NCBI GenBank assembly: GCA_032718475.1
Contig: JAUCBJ010008363.1
Span: 248,001 to 312,000 of the forward strand
Length of the DNA: 64,000 nucleotides
From: Nemertoderma westbladi
Lineage: Eukaryota > Animalia > Xenacoelomorpha
Reading direction: 5' to 3'
Below the pieces are notes generated by a model. The model was given only the letters and a program-made list of their open reading frames with translations, was not told the origin of the DNA and searched no databases. Numbering within the stretch: the stretch's first letter is position 1; each line of letters starts with the position of its first letter. The position numbers and the translations under genes were made by a program. Positions 49,001 to 62,200 of the stretch are shown here, in pieces.

Positions 49001-51426
49001 TAGTTCTGCAGGGTTATTAAGTCTGGTCTTTTCCCGGGGATTCAAACTTACCTGCTCCGCGTCGGTCCTTCTTTCCATACGGTTTTGGGACTTCTGACGT
49101 CTCATGTCTTCATCTTCATCGCTTGAGTCTGTGACAGTCCTCAGCGCTCGCGTTGACCCAGGCTTCTTGTATATACCTAATTCCGCCTAATTCTCGAAGT
49201 TGGGATTATGAATCGTAGGGACAGGCGTTCTTACCTGGGGTCTATGTGGTATAGTTGCCTCCGATATGCGTACTCGTTGACTAGGTTGGACTTTATCTAA
49301 TTCAGGCCTGCTAGGATTTGAATTACTTCTTACCTGGGCTGCTTCCTTTAACTGTAGGTTACTAAGCATGTCCGTTATAGGTTGGATGTGCGGCGATATA
49401 GCTTGCGCTAAACTGGCACTTAACTTATCCCTCGTAATAAATTCCTGGCTAGGGTTCTGTTGTATTGTTGGCTCTATCTGAGTAATCTGCTGTCTCTCAT
49501 ATGATCCCTCTTCCGGTTTAACCCGGAAGTTCTCCGTCGAACTGGGTCGGCGCTCCGTCCGCGTATTCCAAACCCACGGGTTCAGTTCCCTAATACTCGG
49601 CCTGTCGGAGTTTTTCTAAACTCCTCATTGTCTCATTCGGTATGTAGTGGTGCGGTGTCCTGGTGGTGCGGAACCTGCGCGATGGGTGAAGCACTAATAC
49701 CAACTGGCGTGTGATATGTAGAGAATGGTTTAGCGATCCGTGTACTCGTAGTAGCTGGACCAGGTATAGGAATTCTGGTCGTCGTCGACTCGCGTATAGT
49801 CGGAGTTCTCGCCTCCTGTTCGGCCTTCTGCTGTGCAAACAGTTCTCGCAACTCAGTACCTACACTCGCCCCACATTCTTCGATCATTTGCATCCCCTTC
49901 TCAGCGATTTCATTCGCCTTCCTGGTCCGTTCTTCGCTCTCTAGGTTTAGTCACGCACTTTTCAACTGCGCCAACTTACATTGTTCTTCTTCCCTCGCAA
50001 GTCTCGCTGCGCTCTCTTCTTCCAGTCGCGCCTTCTCTTCGTACAATGCGCGTCACTCTTTCTCAATCTCGAGTTCGCGTTCTTTGCACTCGCGTTTGAG
50101 TTTGAATTCGCGTTTCTTCAGTTCGCACTTGAATTGAAGTTCGCGTTCTTTCACTTCCCGTTCGCATTCAAGTTGGAGTTTGCGTTCTTTCTGTTCACGT
50201 TCAAGTTGGAGTTCGCGTTCTTTCTGTTTGCATTCGGCTTGAAGTTCCCGTTCCTTGCGCTTGCGTTTGGCTTGCTCACGCTACCTTATGCCCTCCAACT
50301 GGTGCAGCTTTGCGTCTAACTTATGTGTGCGCTCCCATTCCCGTTCGGCCACCTTCCGTACTTCCGATGCACGCAAAACCTCTGCCTGTTGTTTGTCTAG
50401 TCAGCGTCTTCTCTCCTCCGCCGAGTTGTGAGAAACAAGGGATCTAGCGCATATAACCTTCCCTCGCGCATGACTAACCTGAGAATCGCCACTGTCTCTG
50501 GATGCGTCGTCGGGTGGAGTTAACGTCCTCTGTTGGATGTTGTCCATCGTCGGTAGCACCTGACCCGGTACCACCACTCCACTCTGCATCAACCAGCTGG
50601 TGACTTCCCTCTGATACTTTCGCTCTTCTTTATCTTGCGTTTCTTCCCGCTCCACTAAGTTTCTCGACTCTGCGTCACTCACCTGAGTCGCCTGCGCTTG
50701 TGATGCCCATAGCAACCAGTTATCCGTCCTAACTCGTCGAAATCGCTCCGATAACGCGCGGTGCTCTAACAAGGCTGCTAAAACCCTGTCGTAAACTCTC
50801 GTCGCCATCTCGCTCAACTGAGACTCCACTGCTCTCTTCGCTAGGACTGCAAGTTCCTCCGTCTGTTTGAATAACGCTGAGTTGTATCCCTTTCTAATCG
50901 CTACTAACCCTTCCCGTCCGATGTTACCAGAGTCGGCTAGCATCTTCCTTACCTTGTCCGTCGTCCGGGTTATATGTCCGGCGTGCGCGCAAAGTTTCTT
51001 TTTTATTGCTATGTCCAGTTGCTGTTCGCTTACCTGACTCACACTCGGTGGACTAGAGGGATTATTTCGGAAACTACGGGTACTCCTTACAGCCGCTGGG
51101 ACCACAGCACTTACCATACCCACGGATCTGGAAACCGGGCTCCGGGCTCTCGCTTCTGCTACACTACTCTCCCTATCACTCATCTCTGGCTGGGCTGCTG
51201 TGCAATCCTTCCTTACAGTAGCGGTAGGGGATCCTAATACTATTACTTCACCTGGCTCATCCTCACTAGTTACTGTCTCGTCCCCCTGTTCACTTACGTC
51301 AGCATCACTCGCTGCGTCGTCATAGTCAGCATTGTCGTCAACAGTTATGTCTACACTGTTATCAGTCGGCGGTCCGGCTGCCGTCTCATAACTGTCCTCT
51401 AGTGCCTCCTTGTCTGAGACACTCAT
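43042..51426 (-). pseudogene. BEL/Pao gag-pol polyprotein disrupted by several stops and frameshifts
   Basis: Gag knuckles CQFC..H..C, CWACLAPGHVRRQC and CMECGRLHYKLLH, and protease MLDTAST (47237-48736). RT YLPHH, KVRVV, DIEAMFHQV and FYMDD (45684-47216). RNase H LHLFRDAS, PRAELQAA, YWMDAS and NPAD (44929-45681). Integrase H..HH/CLFC, GVDCFGP, DKGTNFVG and WERLVRSIK (43042-44553). Confidence 0.93.
50030..50275 (-). repeat. 33-bp coding tandem repeat in gag (REQKERELQLE-like 11-aa units)
   Basis: TTCAAGTTGGAGTTYGCGTTCTTTCTGTTCACG-like units with a 33-bp period. Minus-strand translation is E/R/K/Q/L-rich. Confidence 0.8.
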
Positions 51427-51829
51427 TGTCTAAGTATATAATTATTTGCCTTCCGGCTAAAATCTCACAAAATTCGAGATGTATATAAATTAATCGAAAA
51501 TACGATTAAATTATTTGTCAAATAATTATTTTGGTCTCAAATGTCAAAATAAATTCGCAATATAATATTGTGAATTTAATAGGATATAGTTATAGCAAAT
51601 ACCAGTACAATATTTAAACAAAAATATTATTCTATAGCTATTATATAGCATTTAAATACCGGTATGACACAAAATATTTTCTGAATCTAATTCAAAAAAT
51701 TCAAAAAAATGAATTTGTCACGCAAAATATTTCTAACTTTATATATATATAGCTCAAAATCAATGTGATTTTATTTTTAAATATTATTTATATATCTACT
51801 AGCGCGTGGCTACACCTTCAGGTTGCGAC

Positions 51830-51846
51830 ACTCTCTCTCTCTCTCT
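51830..51846. repeat. (CT)n microsatellite in the BEL 5' leader
   Basis: Direct reading of the sequence. Confidence 0.85.
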
Positions 51847-52369
51847 AACTGAGCGATCCAAAACACCATGGCCAGCTAAACGTAACTATCCTAACTAATA
51901 AATTGAGTTCAGTTTCGCAGTTAAACAACCAGTAATTTTTTACTGCTTCCACAAACACAATGGTACCAACAGAACAACCAACCTTGTTTGCTGTGAGATT
52001 CCACGTCCGCGTCCAAAGTTTCAGTCTTTTCACTGATTGCAAACCGAACCCGCAGGCCCACACAAACCCCAAAATCAGAAGCTCCGTCTCGCCATGTATC
52101 TCCAGATGGTATAAAACAACTAAGCAGTTATCTAACATACCGGTACAAAAAATCTAGATTTTATTATAAAACAATTTTGACCAAAACTGAATTCTCACAA
52201 ACCTAGCTAAAATTTTCAAAAAACTTACTAATTTACAATTTATCCTAACGGCCCAAATGAATTACTGTATTCTGTGATTAGTAAACAAAAAGGATTATCA
52301 CTGTTGCAAGGCAACAGCAAAATACAATGGTTCTTACTGTGTGTAGTACAGTAAGTCAAAGTGGTTCTT

Positions 52370-53259
52370 ACTGTTAAACAGGGGCAATCAGGAGCGCGTT
52401 ATTACTGCCGCACTGCTGCTAAACACAAAACTGCTTCTCACCGCTTGATGGCGCTAACCTGGCCGTCCGCTAATATATTTTACTAATTTTATACGGCTCC
52501 TGCAAATCGCTTGTTCCTTTCTCTGTTGATCGCTCAACAGAGAGCTAACTGTTCGAATCTATGAGACACGCGGGAATAACCAAAACAATAAACCCAAATC
52601 GGCTCCCTAAGCTACTTAAAACGAGTGCGGGTGACCTAGCCCTCGGAGTTCACTTATCGCAAAATACTGGAATTCACTGGCTGAATCGTTGGATGTGAGA
52701 ATGTTTTAATAATCTACGGGGACAGATCTATTACTTACCTAGGTGCCGAAACTTGGCCTTTGGTTGGTTTTAGACCAGCAAACTTACTACTGCTCTACTG
52801 TATACTGGACACTGCTGTCAGCCCGTTGCCCCGCAATTTTCAAATAACCGCCTAGCGTGAATAGTCTACAGTATTCTAAAACAATTACTTAAACTACTCT
52901 CCGCTATGCTGCATACAAATTCTTATATTATTTTATCGCTAAATTAATTACAGTCATAAATACAAATTTGCGTACTAATTACTAGATATTCCAGAATACG
53001 TACTTCTAATTTATTACGTACGGGGGCTTATACTATCAACAGTCTAAATACGGTATTAATTTGACCTAATTAGCAACTAATAAGCATAAACTAAGAAATG
53101 GAAATCAATCAAAGGGAAAGGCGCCTATCTAAGCATTCACATTTAAGAATCAGGCACTCTTTAGCAACACAAAGCAAATAGTGTAGCACTAAGTTAGTTG
53201 TACGGCAGATAGCGCTAACTACACCAATCAGCTAGTGCACTAAATACCCGTTGTTATAC
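52370..53259 (-). repeat. Remnant of the 5' LTR (inner portion), homologous to solo LTR ~2675-3600
   Basis: Shared reverse-complement blocks include TTAGGGAGCCGA..GGGTTTATTGTTTTGGTTATTCCCGCGTG.CTCATAGATTCGAACAGTTAGCTCTCT and GAATGCTTAGATAGGCGC..CCTTTGATTGATTTC. The inner LTR end and primer-binding site were not located. Confidence 0.85.
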
Positions 53260-56200
53260 CTGTTCTTTGCTTCGTCTTTCTCCAGGAGATGGATGAAATT
53301 TGATTCCGTTGGAACACCCCCTTTTTGAGGCTCTCAGAGTGGAGAGATAAGTAGCCTATCTCCCTGTTAATATTGTTGTGTTCTAGAATATTTATTATAG
53401 TTTCATCGTATTGCCATAGCGGCTGGAGCCGAAATTAATATGTAATGCAATAATTCACCTCAAATTTCTCAGCTATATTATGAATATAATGAGTATTAAA
53501 TCCTTGTCAAAATCCTTGGTGTTTTTCAGCAATAATTTATTTAAATCTCCTTTGATTTTTTACAAAAAACGACATCGATTTTCATATTTATAACTTCTAA
53601 CCCACTCCACAAGATAAAGAATCTTCAATGAAAGTCAAAAGAGCAGGTAACACTTACATTTATAGAAGTAATCAGCTGTTCTTTGCTTCGTCTTTCCCCT
53701 GGAGATGGATGAATGTTGATTGCGTCGGAACATCCCCTTTTTGAGGCTCTCAGAGTGAAGAGATAAGTAGCCTATTTCCCTGCTAATATTGTTCTGTTGT
53801 AGAATATTTATTATAGTTTCATCATATTGCCAAAGCGGCTGGAGCCGAAGTTAATATGTGATTCAATAATTCACCTCAAATTTCTCAGCTATTTCATGAA
53901 TATAATGAGTATAAAATCCTTGTCAAAATTCTTTGGGTTTTTCAGCAATAATTTATCAAAATATCCTCTGTTTTTTTTCAAAAACCGCATCGATTTTCAT
54001 ATTTATAACTTCTAACCCACTCCACGAGATAGAGAATCTTAAACGAAAGTCAAAAGAGCAGGTAACACTTACATTTATAGAAGTAATCAGCTGTTCTTTG
54101 CTTCGTCTTTCCCCTGGAGATGGATGAATTTTGATTGCGTCGGAACACCCCCTTTTTGAGGCTCTCAGAGAGTGAAGAGATAAGTAGCCTATTTCCCTGC
54201 TAATATTGTTCTGTTGTAGAATATTTATTATAGTTTCATCATATTGCCAAAGCGGCTGGAGCCGAAGTTAATATGAGATTCAATAATTCACCTCAAATTT
54301 CACAGCTATTTCATGAATATAATGAGTATTAAATCCTTGTCAAAATCCTTGGTGTTTTTCAGCAATAATTTATTAAAATCTCATTTGATTTTTTACAAAA
54401 AACAACATCGATTTTTATATTCATGACTTCTAACCCACTCCAAGAGATAGACAATCCTCAATGAAAGTCAAAAGAGCAGGTAACACTTACATTTATAGAA
54501 TTAATCAGCTGTTCTTTGCTTCGTCTTTCCCCAGGAGATGGATGAATTTTGATTGCGTCGGAACACCCCCTTTCTGAGGCTCTCAGAGTGGAGAGAAAAG
54601 TAACCTATCTCCCTGTTAATATTGTTGTGTTCTTGAATATTTATTATAGTTTCATCGTATTGCCAAAGCGGCTGGAGCCGAAATTAATATGTAATGCAAT
54701 AATACACCTCAAATTTCTCAGCTATTTCATGAATATAATGAGTATTAAATCCTTGTCAAAATCCTTGGTGTTTTTCAGCAATAATTTATCAAAATATCCT
54801 CTGATTTTTTTCAAAAACCACATCGATTTTGATATTTATAACTTCTAACCCACTCCTCAAGATAGAGAATCTTAAACGAAAGTCATAAGAACAGGTAACA
54901 CTTTCATTTATAGAAGTAATCAGCTGTTATTTGCTTCGTCTTTCCCCAGGAAAAGGATGAAATTTGATTGCGTGGGAACACCCCCTTTCTGAGGCTCTCA
55001 GAGTGGAGAGAAAAGTAGCATATCTCCCTGTTAATATTGTTGTGTTCTAGAATATTTATTATAGTTTCATCGTATTGCCAAAGCGGCTAGAGCCGAAGTT
55101 AATATGTGATACAATAACTTACCTCAAATTTATCAGCTATTTCATGAATATAATGAGTATTAAATCCTTGTCAAAATCCTTGGTGTTTTCAGCAATGATT
55201 TATTAAAATATCCTCAGATTTTTTACAAAAAACAACATCGGTTTTCATATTCATGACTTCTATCCCAGTCCACAAGATGAAGAATCTTAAACAAAAGTCA
55301 AAAAACAGGTAACACTTACATTTATAGAAGTAATCAGCTGTTATTTGCTTCGTCTTTCCCCTGGAGATGTTTAAATTTTGATTGTGTCAAAACACCCCTC
55401 CCTATCTGTGGCTGTCTGAGTGGAGAGATAAGTAGCCTATCTCCCTGTTAATCTTGTTGTGTTCTAGAATATTTATTATAGTTTTATCGTATTGCCAAAG
55501 CGGCTGGAGCCAAGGTTAATATGTAATGCAATAATTTACCTCAAATATCTCAGCTATTTCATGAATATAATGAAGTATTTAAGCCATGTCAAAATCTTCG
55601 GGGTTTTTCAGCAATAATTTATCAAAATATCCTCAGATTTTTTACAAAAAACGACATCGATTTTCATATTTATAACTTCTAACCCACTCCAAGAGATAGA
55701 GAATCTTAAACGAAAGTCATAAGAACAGGTAACACTTACATTTATAGAAGTAATCCGCTGTTATTTGCTTTGTCTTTTCCCAGGAGATGGATGAATTTTG
55801 ATTTCGTCGAAACACCCCCTTTCCGAGGCTCTCAGAGTGGAGAGAAAAGTAGCCTATCTCCCTGTTAATATTGTTGTGTTCTAGAATATTTATTATAGTT
55901 TCATCGTATTGAGAAAGCGGCTGGAACCGAAATTAATATGTAATGCAATAATTCACCTCAAATTTCTCAGCTATTTCATGAATATAATGAGTATTAAATC
56001 CTTGTCAAAATCCTTGGTGTTTTTCAGCAATAATTTATTAAAATCTCCTTTTATTTTTTACAAAAAACGACATCGATTTTCATATTCATGACTTCTAACC
56101 CACTCCAAGAGATAGACAATCTTAAACGAAAGTCAAAAGAGCAGGTAACACTTACATTTATAGAAGTAATCAGCTCTATTCTTTGCTTCGCCTTTCCCCT

Positions 56201-59200
56201 GGAGATGGATGAATTTTTATTGCGTCGGAACACCCCGTTTTTGAGGCTCTCAGAGTGGACAGATAAGTATAGCCTTTTTCCCTGTTAATATTGTTCTGCT
56301 GTAGAATATTTATTATAGTTTCATCGTATTGCCAAAGCGGCTGGAGCCAAAGTTAATATGTGATGCAATAATTCACCTCAAATTTCTGCTATTTCATTAA
56401 TATAATGAGTATTAAATCCTTGTCAAAATCCTTGGTGTTTTTCAGCAATAATTTATTAAAATTTCCTTTGATTTTTTACAAAAAACGACATCGATTTTGA
56501 TATTCATGACTTCTAACCCACTCCAAGAGATAGACAATCTTAAACGAAAGTCAAAAGAACAGGTAACACTTACATTTATAGAAGTAATCAGCTATTCTTT
56601 GCTTCGCCTTTCTGGAGATGGATTAATTTTGATTCCGACGGAACACCCCCTTTTTGAGGCTCTAAGAGTGAAGAGATAAGTAGACTATTTCCCAGCTAAT
56701 AGTGTTCTGTTGTAGAATATTTACTATAGTTTTATCGTATTGCCAAAGCGGCTGGAGCCGAAGTTAATATGTGATACAATAACTTACCTCAAATTTATCA
56801 GCTATTACATGAATATAATGAGTATTAATTCCTTGTCAAAATCCTTGGTGTTTTCAGCAATAATTTATTAAAATATCCTCAGATTTTTTACAAAAACCGA
56901 CATCGATTTTCATATTCATGACTTCTAACCCACTCCAAGAGATAGACAATCTTAATCGAAAGTCAAAAGAACAGGTAACACTTACATTTATAGAAGTAAT
57001 CAGCTGTTCTTTGCTTCGTCTTTCCCCTTGATATGGATGAATTTTCATTGCGTCGGAACACCCCCTTCTTGAGGCTCTCAGAGTGAAGAGAAAAGTAGCC
57101 TATCTCCCTGTTAATATTGTTGTGTTCTAGAATATTTATTATAGTTTCATCGTATTGCCAAAGCGGCTGGAGCCGAAGTTAATATGTGATACAATAATTC
57201 ACCTCAAATTTCTCAGCTATTTCATGAATATAATGAGTATTAAAGCCATGTCAAAATCCTTGGGGTTTTTTAGCAATAATTTATCAAAATATCCTCTGAT
57301 TTTTTTCAAAAACCACATCGATTTTGATATTTATAACTTCTAACCCACTCCACGAGATAGAGAATCTTAAACGAATGTCATAAGAACAGGTAACACTTTC
57401 ATTTATAGAAGTAATCAGCTATTCTTTGCTTCGCCTTTCCCCTGGAGATGGATGAATTTTGATTGCGTCGGAACACCCCGTTTTTGAGGCTCTCAGAGTG
57501 GATAGATAAGTATAGCCTTTTTCCCTGTTAATATTGTTGTGTTGTACAATATTTATTATAGTTTCATCGTATTGCCAAAGCGGCTGGAATCGAAGTTAAT
57601 ATGTGATACAATAATTCACCTCAAATTTCTTAGCTATTTCATGAATATAATGAGTATTAAAGCCATGTCAAAATACTTGGGGTTTTTCAGCAATAATTTA
57701 TCAAAATATCCTCAGATTTTTTACAAAAAACGACATCGATTTTCATATTTATAACTTCTATCCCACTCCACGAGATAGAGAATCTTAAACGAAAGTCAAA
57801 AGAACAGGTAACACTTACATTTATAGAAGTAATCAGCTTTTATTTGCTTCGTCTTTCCCCTGGAGATGGTTAAATTTTAATTGTGTCAAAACACCCCTCC
57901 CTATCTGTGGCTGTCTGAGTGGAGAGATAAGTAGCCTATCTCCCTGTTAATCTTGTTGTGTTCTAGAATATTTATTATAGTTTCATCGTATTGCCAAAGC
58001 GGCTGGAGCCAAGGTTAATATGTAATGCAATAATTCACCTCAAATATCTTAGCTATTTCATGAATATAATGAGTATTAAATCCTTGTCAAAATTCTTGGT
58101 GTTTTCAGCAATAATTTATTAAAATATCCTCAGATTTTTTACTAAAAACGACATTGATTTTCATATTTATAACTTCTAACCCACTCCACGAGATATAGAA
58201 TCTTAAACGAAAGTCATAAGAACAGGTAACACTTTCATTTATAGAAGTAATCAGCTGTTATTTGCTTCGTCTTTCCCCATGAGATGGATGAATTTTGATT
58301 GCGTCGGAACACCCCCTTTCTGAGGCTCTCAGAGTGGAGAGATAAGTAGCCTATCTCCCTGTTAATATTGTTGTGTTCTAGAATTTTTATTAGAGTTTCA
58401 TCGTATTGCCAAAGCGGCTGGAGCCAAAGTTAATATGTAATGCAATAATTCACCTCAAATTTCTCAGCTATTTCATTAATATAATGAGTATTAAATCCTT
58501 GTCAAAATCCTTGGTGTCTTTCAGCAATAATTTATTAAAATCTCCTTTGATTTTTTACAAAAAACGACATCGATTTTGATATTCATGACTTCTAACCCAC
58601 TCCAAGAGATAGACAATCTTAAACGAAAGTCGAAAGAACAGGTAACTCTTACATTTATAGAAGTAATTAGCTATTCTTTGCTTCGCCTTTCCTCTGGAGA
58701 TAATGAATTTTGATTCCGTCGGAACACCCCCTTTTTGAGGCTCTAAGAGTGAAGAGATAAGTAGCCTATCTCCCTGTTAATATTGTTGTGTTCTAGAATA
58801 TTTATTATAGTTTCATCGTATTGCCAAAGCGGCTGGAGCCGAAGTTATTATGTGATACAATAATTCACCTCAAATTTCTCAGCTATTTCATGAATATAAT
58901 GAGTATTAAAGCCATGTCAAAATCCTTGGGGTTTTTCAGCAATAATTTATCAAAATATCCTCAGATTTTTTACAAAAAACGACATCGATTTTCATATTTA
59001 TAACTTCTAACCCACTCCACGAGATAGAGAATCTTAAACGAAAGTCAAAAGAACAGGTAACACTTACATTTATAGAAGTAATCAGCTTTTATTTGCTTCG
59101 TCTTTCCCCTGGAGATGGTTAAATTTTAATTGTGTCAAAACACCCCTCCCTATCTGTGGCTGTCTGAGTGGAGAGATAAGTAGCCTATCTCCCTGTTAAT

Positions 59201-62200
59201 CCTGTTGTGTTCTAGAATATTTATTATAGTTTCATCGTATTGCCAAAGCGGCTGGAGCCAAGGTTAATATGTAATGCAATAATTCACCTCAAATATCTTA
59301 GCTATTTCATGAATATAATGAGTATTAAATCCTTGTCAAAATTCTTGGTGTTTTCAGCAATAATTTATTAAAATATCCTCAGATTTTTTACTAAAAACGA
59401 CATTGATTTTCATATTTATAACTTCTAACCCACTCCACGAGATAGAGAATCTTAAACGAAAGTCATAAGAACAGGTAACACTTACATTTATAGAAGTAAT
59501 CAGCTGTTATTTGCTTCGTCTTTCCCCATGAGATGGATGAATTTTGATTGCGTCGGAACACCCCCTTTCTGAGGCTCTCAGAGTGGAGAGATAAGTAGCC
59601 TACCTCCCTGTTAATATTGTTGTGTTCTAGAATTTTTATTATAGTTTTATCGTATTGCCAAAGCGGCTGGAGCCGAAATTAATATGTAATGCAATAATTC
59701 ACCTCAAATTTCTCAGCTATTTCTTGAATATAATGAGTATTAAAGCCATGTCAAAATCCTTGGGGTTTTTCAGCAATAATTTATCAAAATATCCTCAGAT
59801 TTTTTACAAAAAACGACATCGATTTTCATATTTATAACTTCTAACCCACTCCAAGAGATAGAGAATCTTAAACGAAAGTCATAAGAATAGGTAACACTTA
59901 CATTTATAGAAGTAATCCGCTGTTATTTGCTTCGTCTTTCCCCAGGAGATGGATGAATTTTGATTGCGTCGGAACACCCCCTTTTTGAGGCTCTCAGAGT
60001 GGACAGATAAGTAGCCTATTTCCCTGTTAATATTGTTCTGTTGTAGAATATTTATTATAGTTTCATCGTATTGCTAATGTGGCTGGAGTTAAAGTTATTA
60101 TGTAATGCAATAATTCACCTCAAATATCTCAGTTTTTTCATGAACATAATGAAGTATTAAAGCCATGTCAAAATCTTCGGGGTTTTTCAGCAATAATTTA
60201 TCAAAATATCCTCAGATTTTTTACAAAAAACGACATCGAGTTTCATATTTATAACTTCTAACCCACTCCAAGAGATAGAGAATCTTAAACGAAAGTCATA
60301 AGAATAGGTAACACTTTCATTTATAGAAGTAATCAGCTGTTATTTGCTTCGTCTTTCCCCAGGAGATGGATGAATTTTGATTGCGTCGGAACACCCCTTT
60401 CTGAGGCTCTCAGAGTGGAGAGAAAAGTAGCCTATCTCCCTGTTAATATTGTTGTGTTCTTGAATATTTATTATAGTTTCATCGTATTGCCAAAGCGGCT
60501 GGAATCGAAGTTAATATGTGATACAATAATTCACCTCAAATTTCTTAGCTATTTCATGAATATAATGAGTATTAAAGCCATGTCAAAATCCTTGGGGTTT
60601 TTCAGCAATAATTTATCAAAATATCCTCAGATTTTTTACAAAAAACGACATCGATTTTCATATTTATAACTTCTATCCCACTCCACGAGATAGAGAATCT
60701 TAAACGAAAGTCAAAAGAACAGGTAACACTTACATTTATAGAAGTAATCAGCTTTTATTTGCTTCGTCTTTCCCCTGGAGATGGTTAAATTTTAATTGTG
60801 TCAAAACACCCCTCCCTATCTGTGGCTGTCTGAGTGGAGAGATAAGTAGCCTATCTCCCTGTTAATCCTGTTGTGTTCTAGAATATTTATTATAGTTTCA
60901 TCGTATTGCCAAAGCGGCTGGAGCCAAGGTTAATATGTAATGCAATAATTCACCTCAAATATCTTAGCTATTTCATGAATATAATGAGTATTAAATCCTT
61001 GTCAAAATTCTTGGTGTTTTCAGCAATAATTTATTAAAATATCCTCAGATTTTTTACTAAAAACGACATTGATTTTCATATTTATAACTTCTAACCCACT
61101 CCACGAGATAGAGAATCTTAAACGAAAGTCATAAGAACAGGTAACACTTTCATTTATAGAAGTAATCAGCTGTTATTTGCTTCGTCTTTCCCCAGGAGAT
61201 GGATGAATTTTGATTGCGTCGGAACACCCCTTTCTGAGGCTCTCAGAGTGGAGAGAAAAGTAGCCTATCTCCCTGTTAATATTGTTGTGTTCTTGAATAT
61301 TTATTATAGTTTCATCGTATTGCCAAAGCGGCTGGAATCGAAGTTAATATGTGATACAATAATTCACCTCAAATTTCTTAGCTATTTCATGAATATAATG
61401 AGTATTAAAGCCATGTCAAAATCCTTGGGGTTTTTCAGCAATAATTTATCAAAATATCCTCAGATTTTTTACAAAAAACGACATCGATTTTCATATTTAT
61501 AACTTCTATCCCACTCCACGAGATAGAGAATCTTAAACGAAAGTCAAAAGAACAGGTAACACTTACATTTATAGAAGTAATCAGCTTTTATTTGCTTCGT
61601 CTTTCCCCTGGAGATGGTTAAATTTTAATTGTGTCAAAACACCCCTCCCTATCTGTGGCTGTCTGAGTGGAGAGATAAGTAGCCTATCTCCCTGTTAATC
61701 CTGTTGTGTTCTAGAATATTTATTATAGTTTCATCGTATTGCCAAAGCGGCTGGAGCCAAGGTTAATATGTAATGCAATAATTCACCTCAAATATCTTAG
61801 CTATTTCATGAATATAATGAGTATTAAATCCTTGTCAAAATTCTTGGTGTTTTCAGCAATAATTTATTAAAATATCCTCAGATTTTTTACTAAAAACGAC
61901 ATTGATTTTCATATTTATAACTTCTAACCCACTCCACGAGATAGAGAATCTTAAACGAAAGTCATAAGAACAGGTAACACTTTCATTTATAGAAGTAATC
62001 AGCTGTTATTTGCTTCGTCTTTCCCCATGAGATGGATGAATTTTGATTGCGTCGGAACACCCCCTTTCTGAGGCTCTCAGAGTGGAGAGATAAGTAGCCT
62101 ATCTCCCTGTTAATATTGTTGTGTTCTAGAATTTTTATTATAGTTTTATCGTATTGCCAAAGCGGCTGGAGCCGAAATTAATATGTAATGCAATAATTCA

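Larger units (their letters stand above)
40039..53259 (-). mobile_element. Decayed BEL/Pao LTR retrotransposon with both outer LTR ends missing
   Basis: Minus-strand domain order gag (three Zn knuckles), protease, RT, RNase H, integrase, with BEL-type motifs. LTR remnants at both sides resemble the solo LTR. No TG..CA ends and no 5-bp TSD at the satellite junctions. Confidence 0.92.

Noticed and set aside
43130-51237. Plus-strand ORFs in the BEL element, including the Phe-rich 49981-50319 ORF
   Set aside because: They are antisense shadows. The hydrophobic FAFF pattern is the complement of the E/R/K-rich 33-bp gag repeat, not a membrane protein.
51430-52370. tRNA primer-binding site and exact 5' LTR end of the BEL element
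   Set aside because: I could not identify a convincing CA followed by TGG and tRNA-complementary sequence by eye, so none is annotated.
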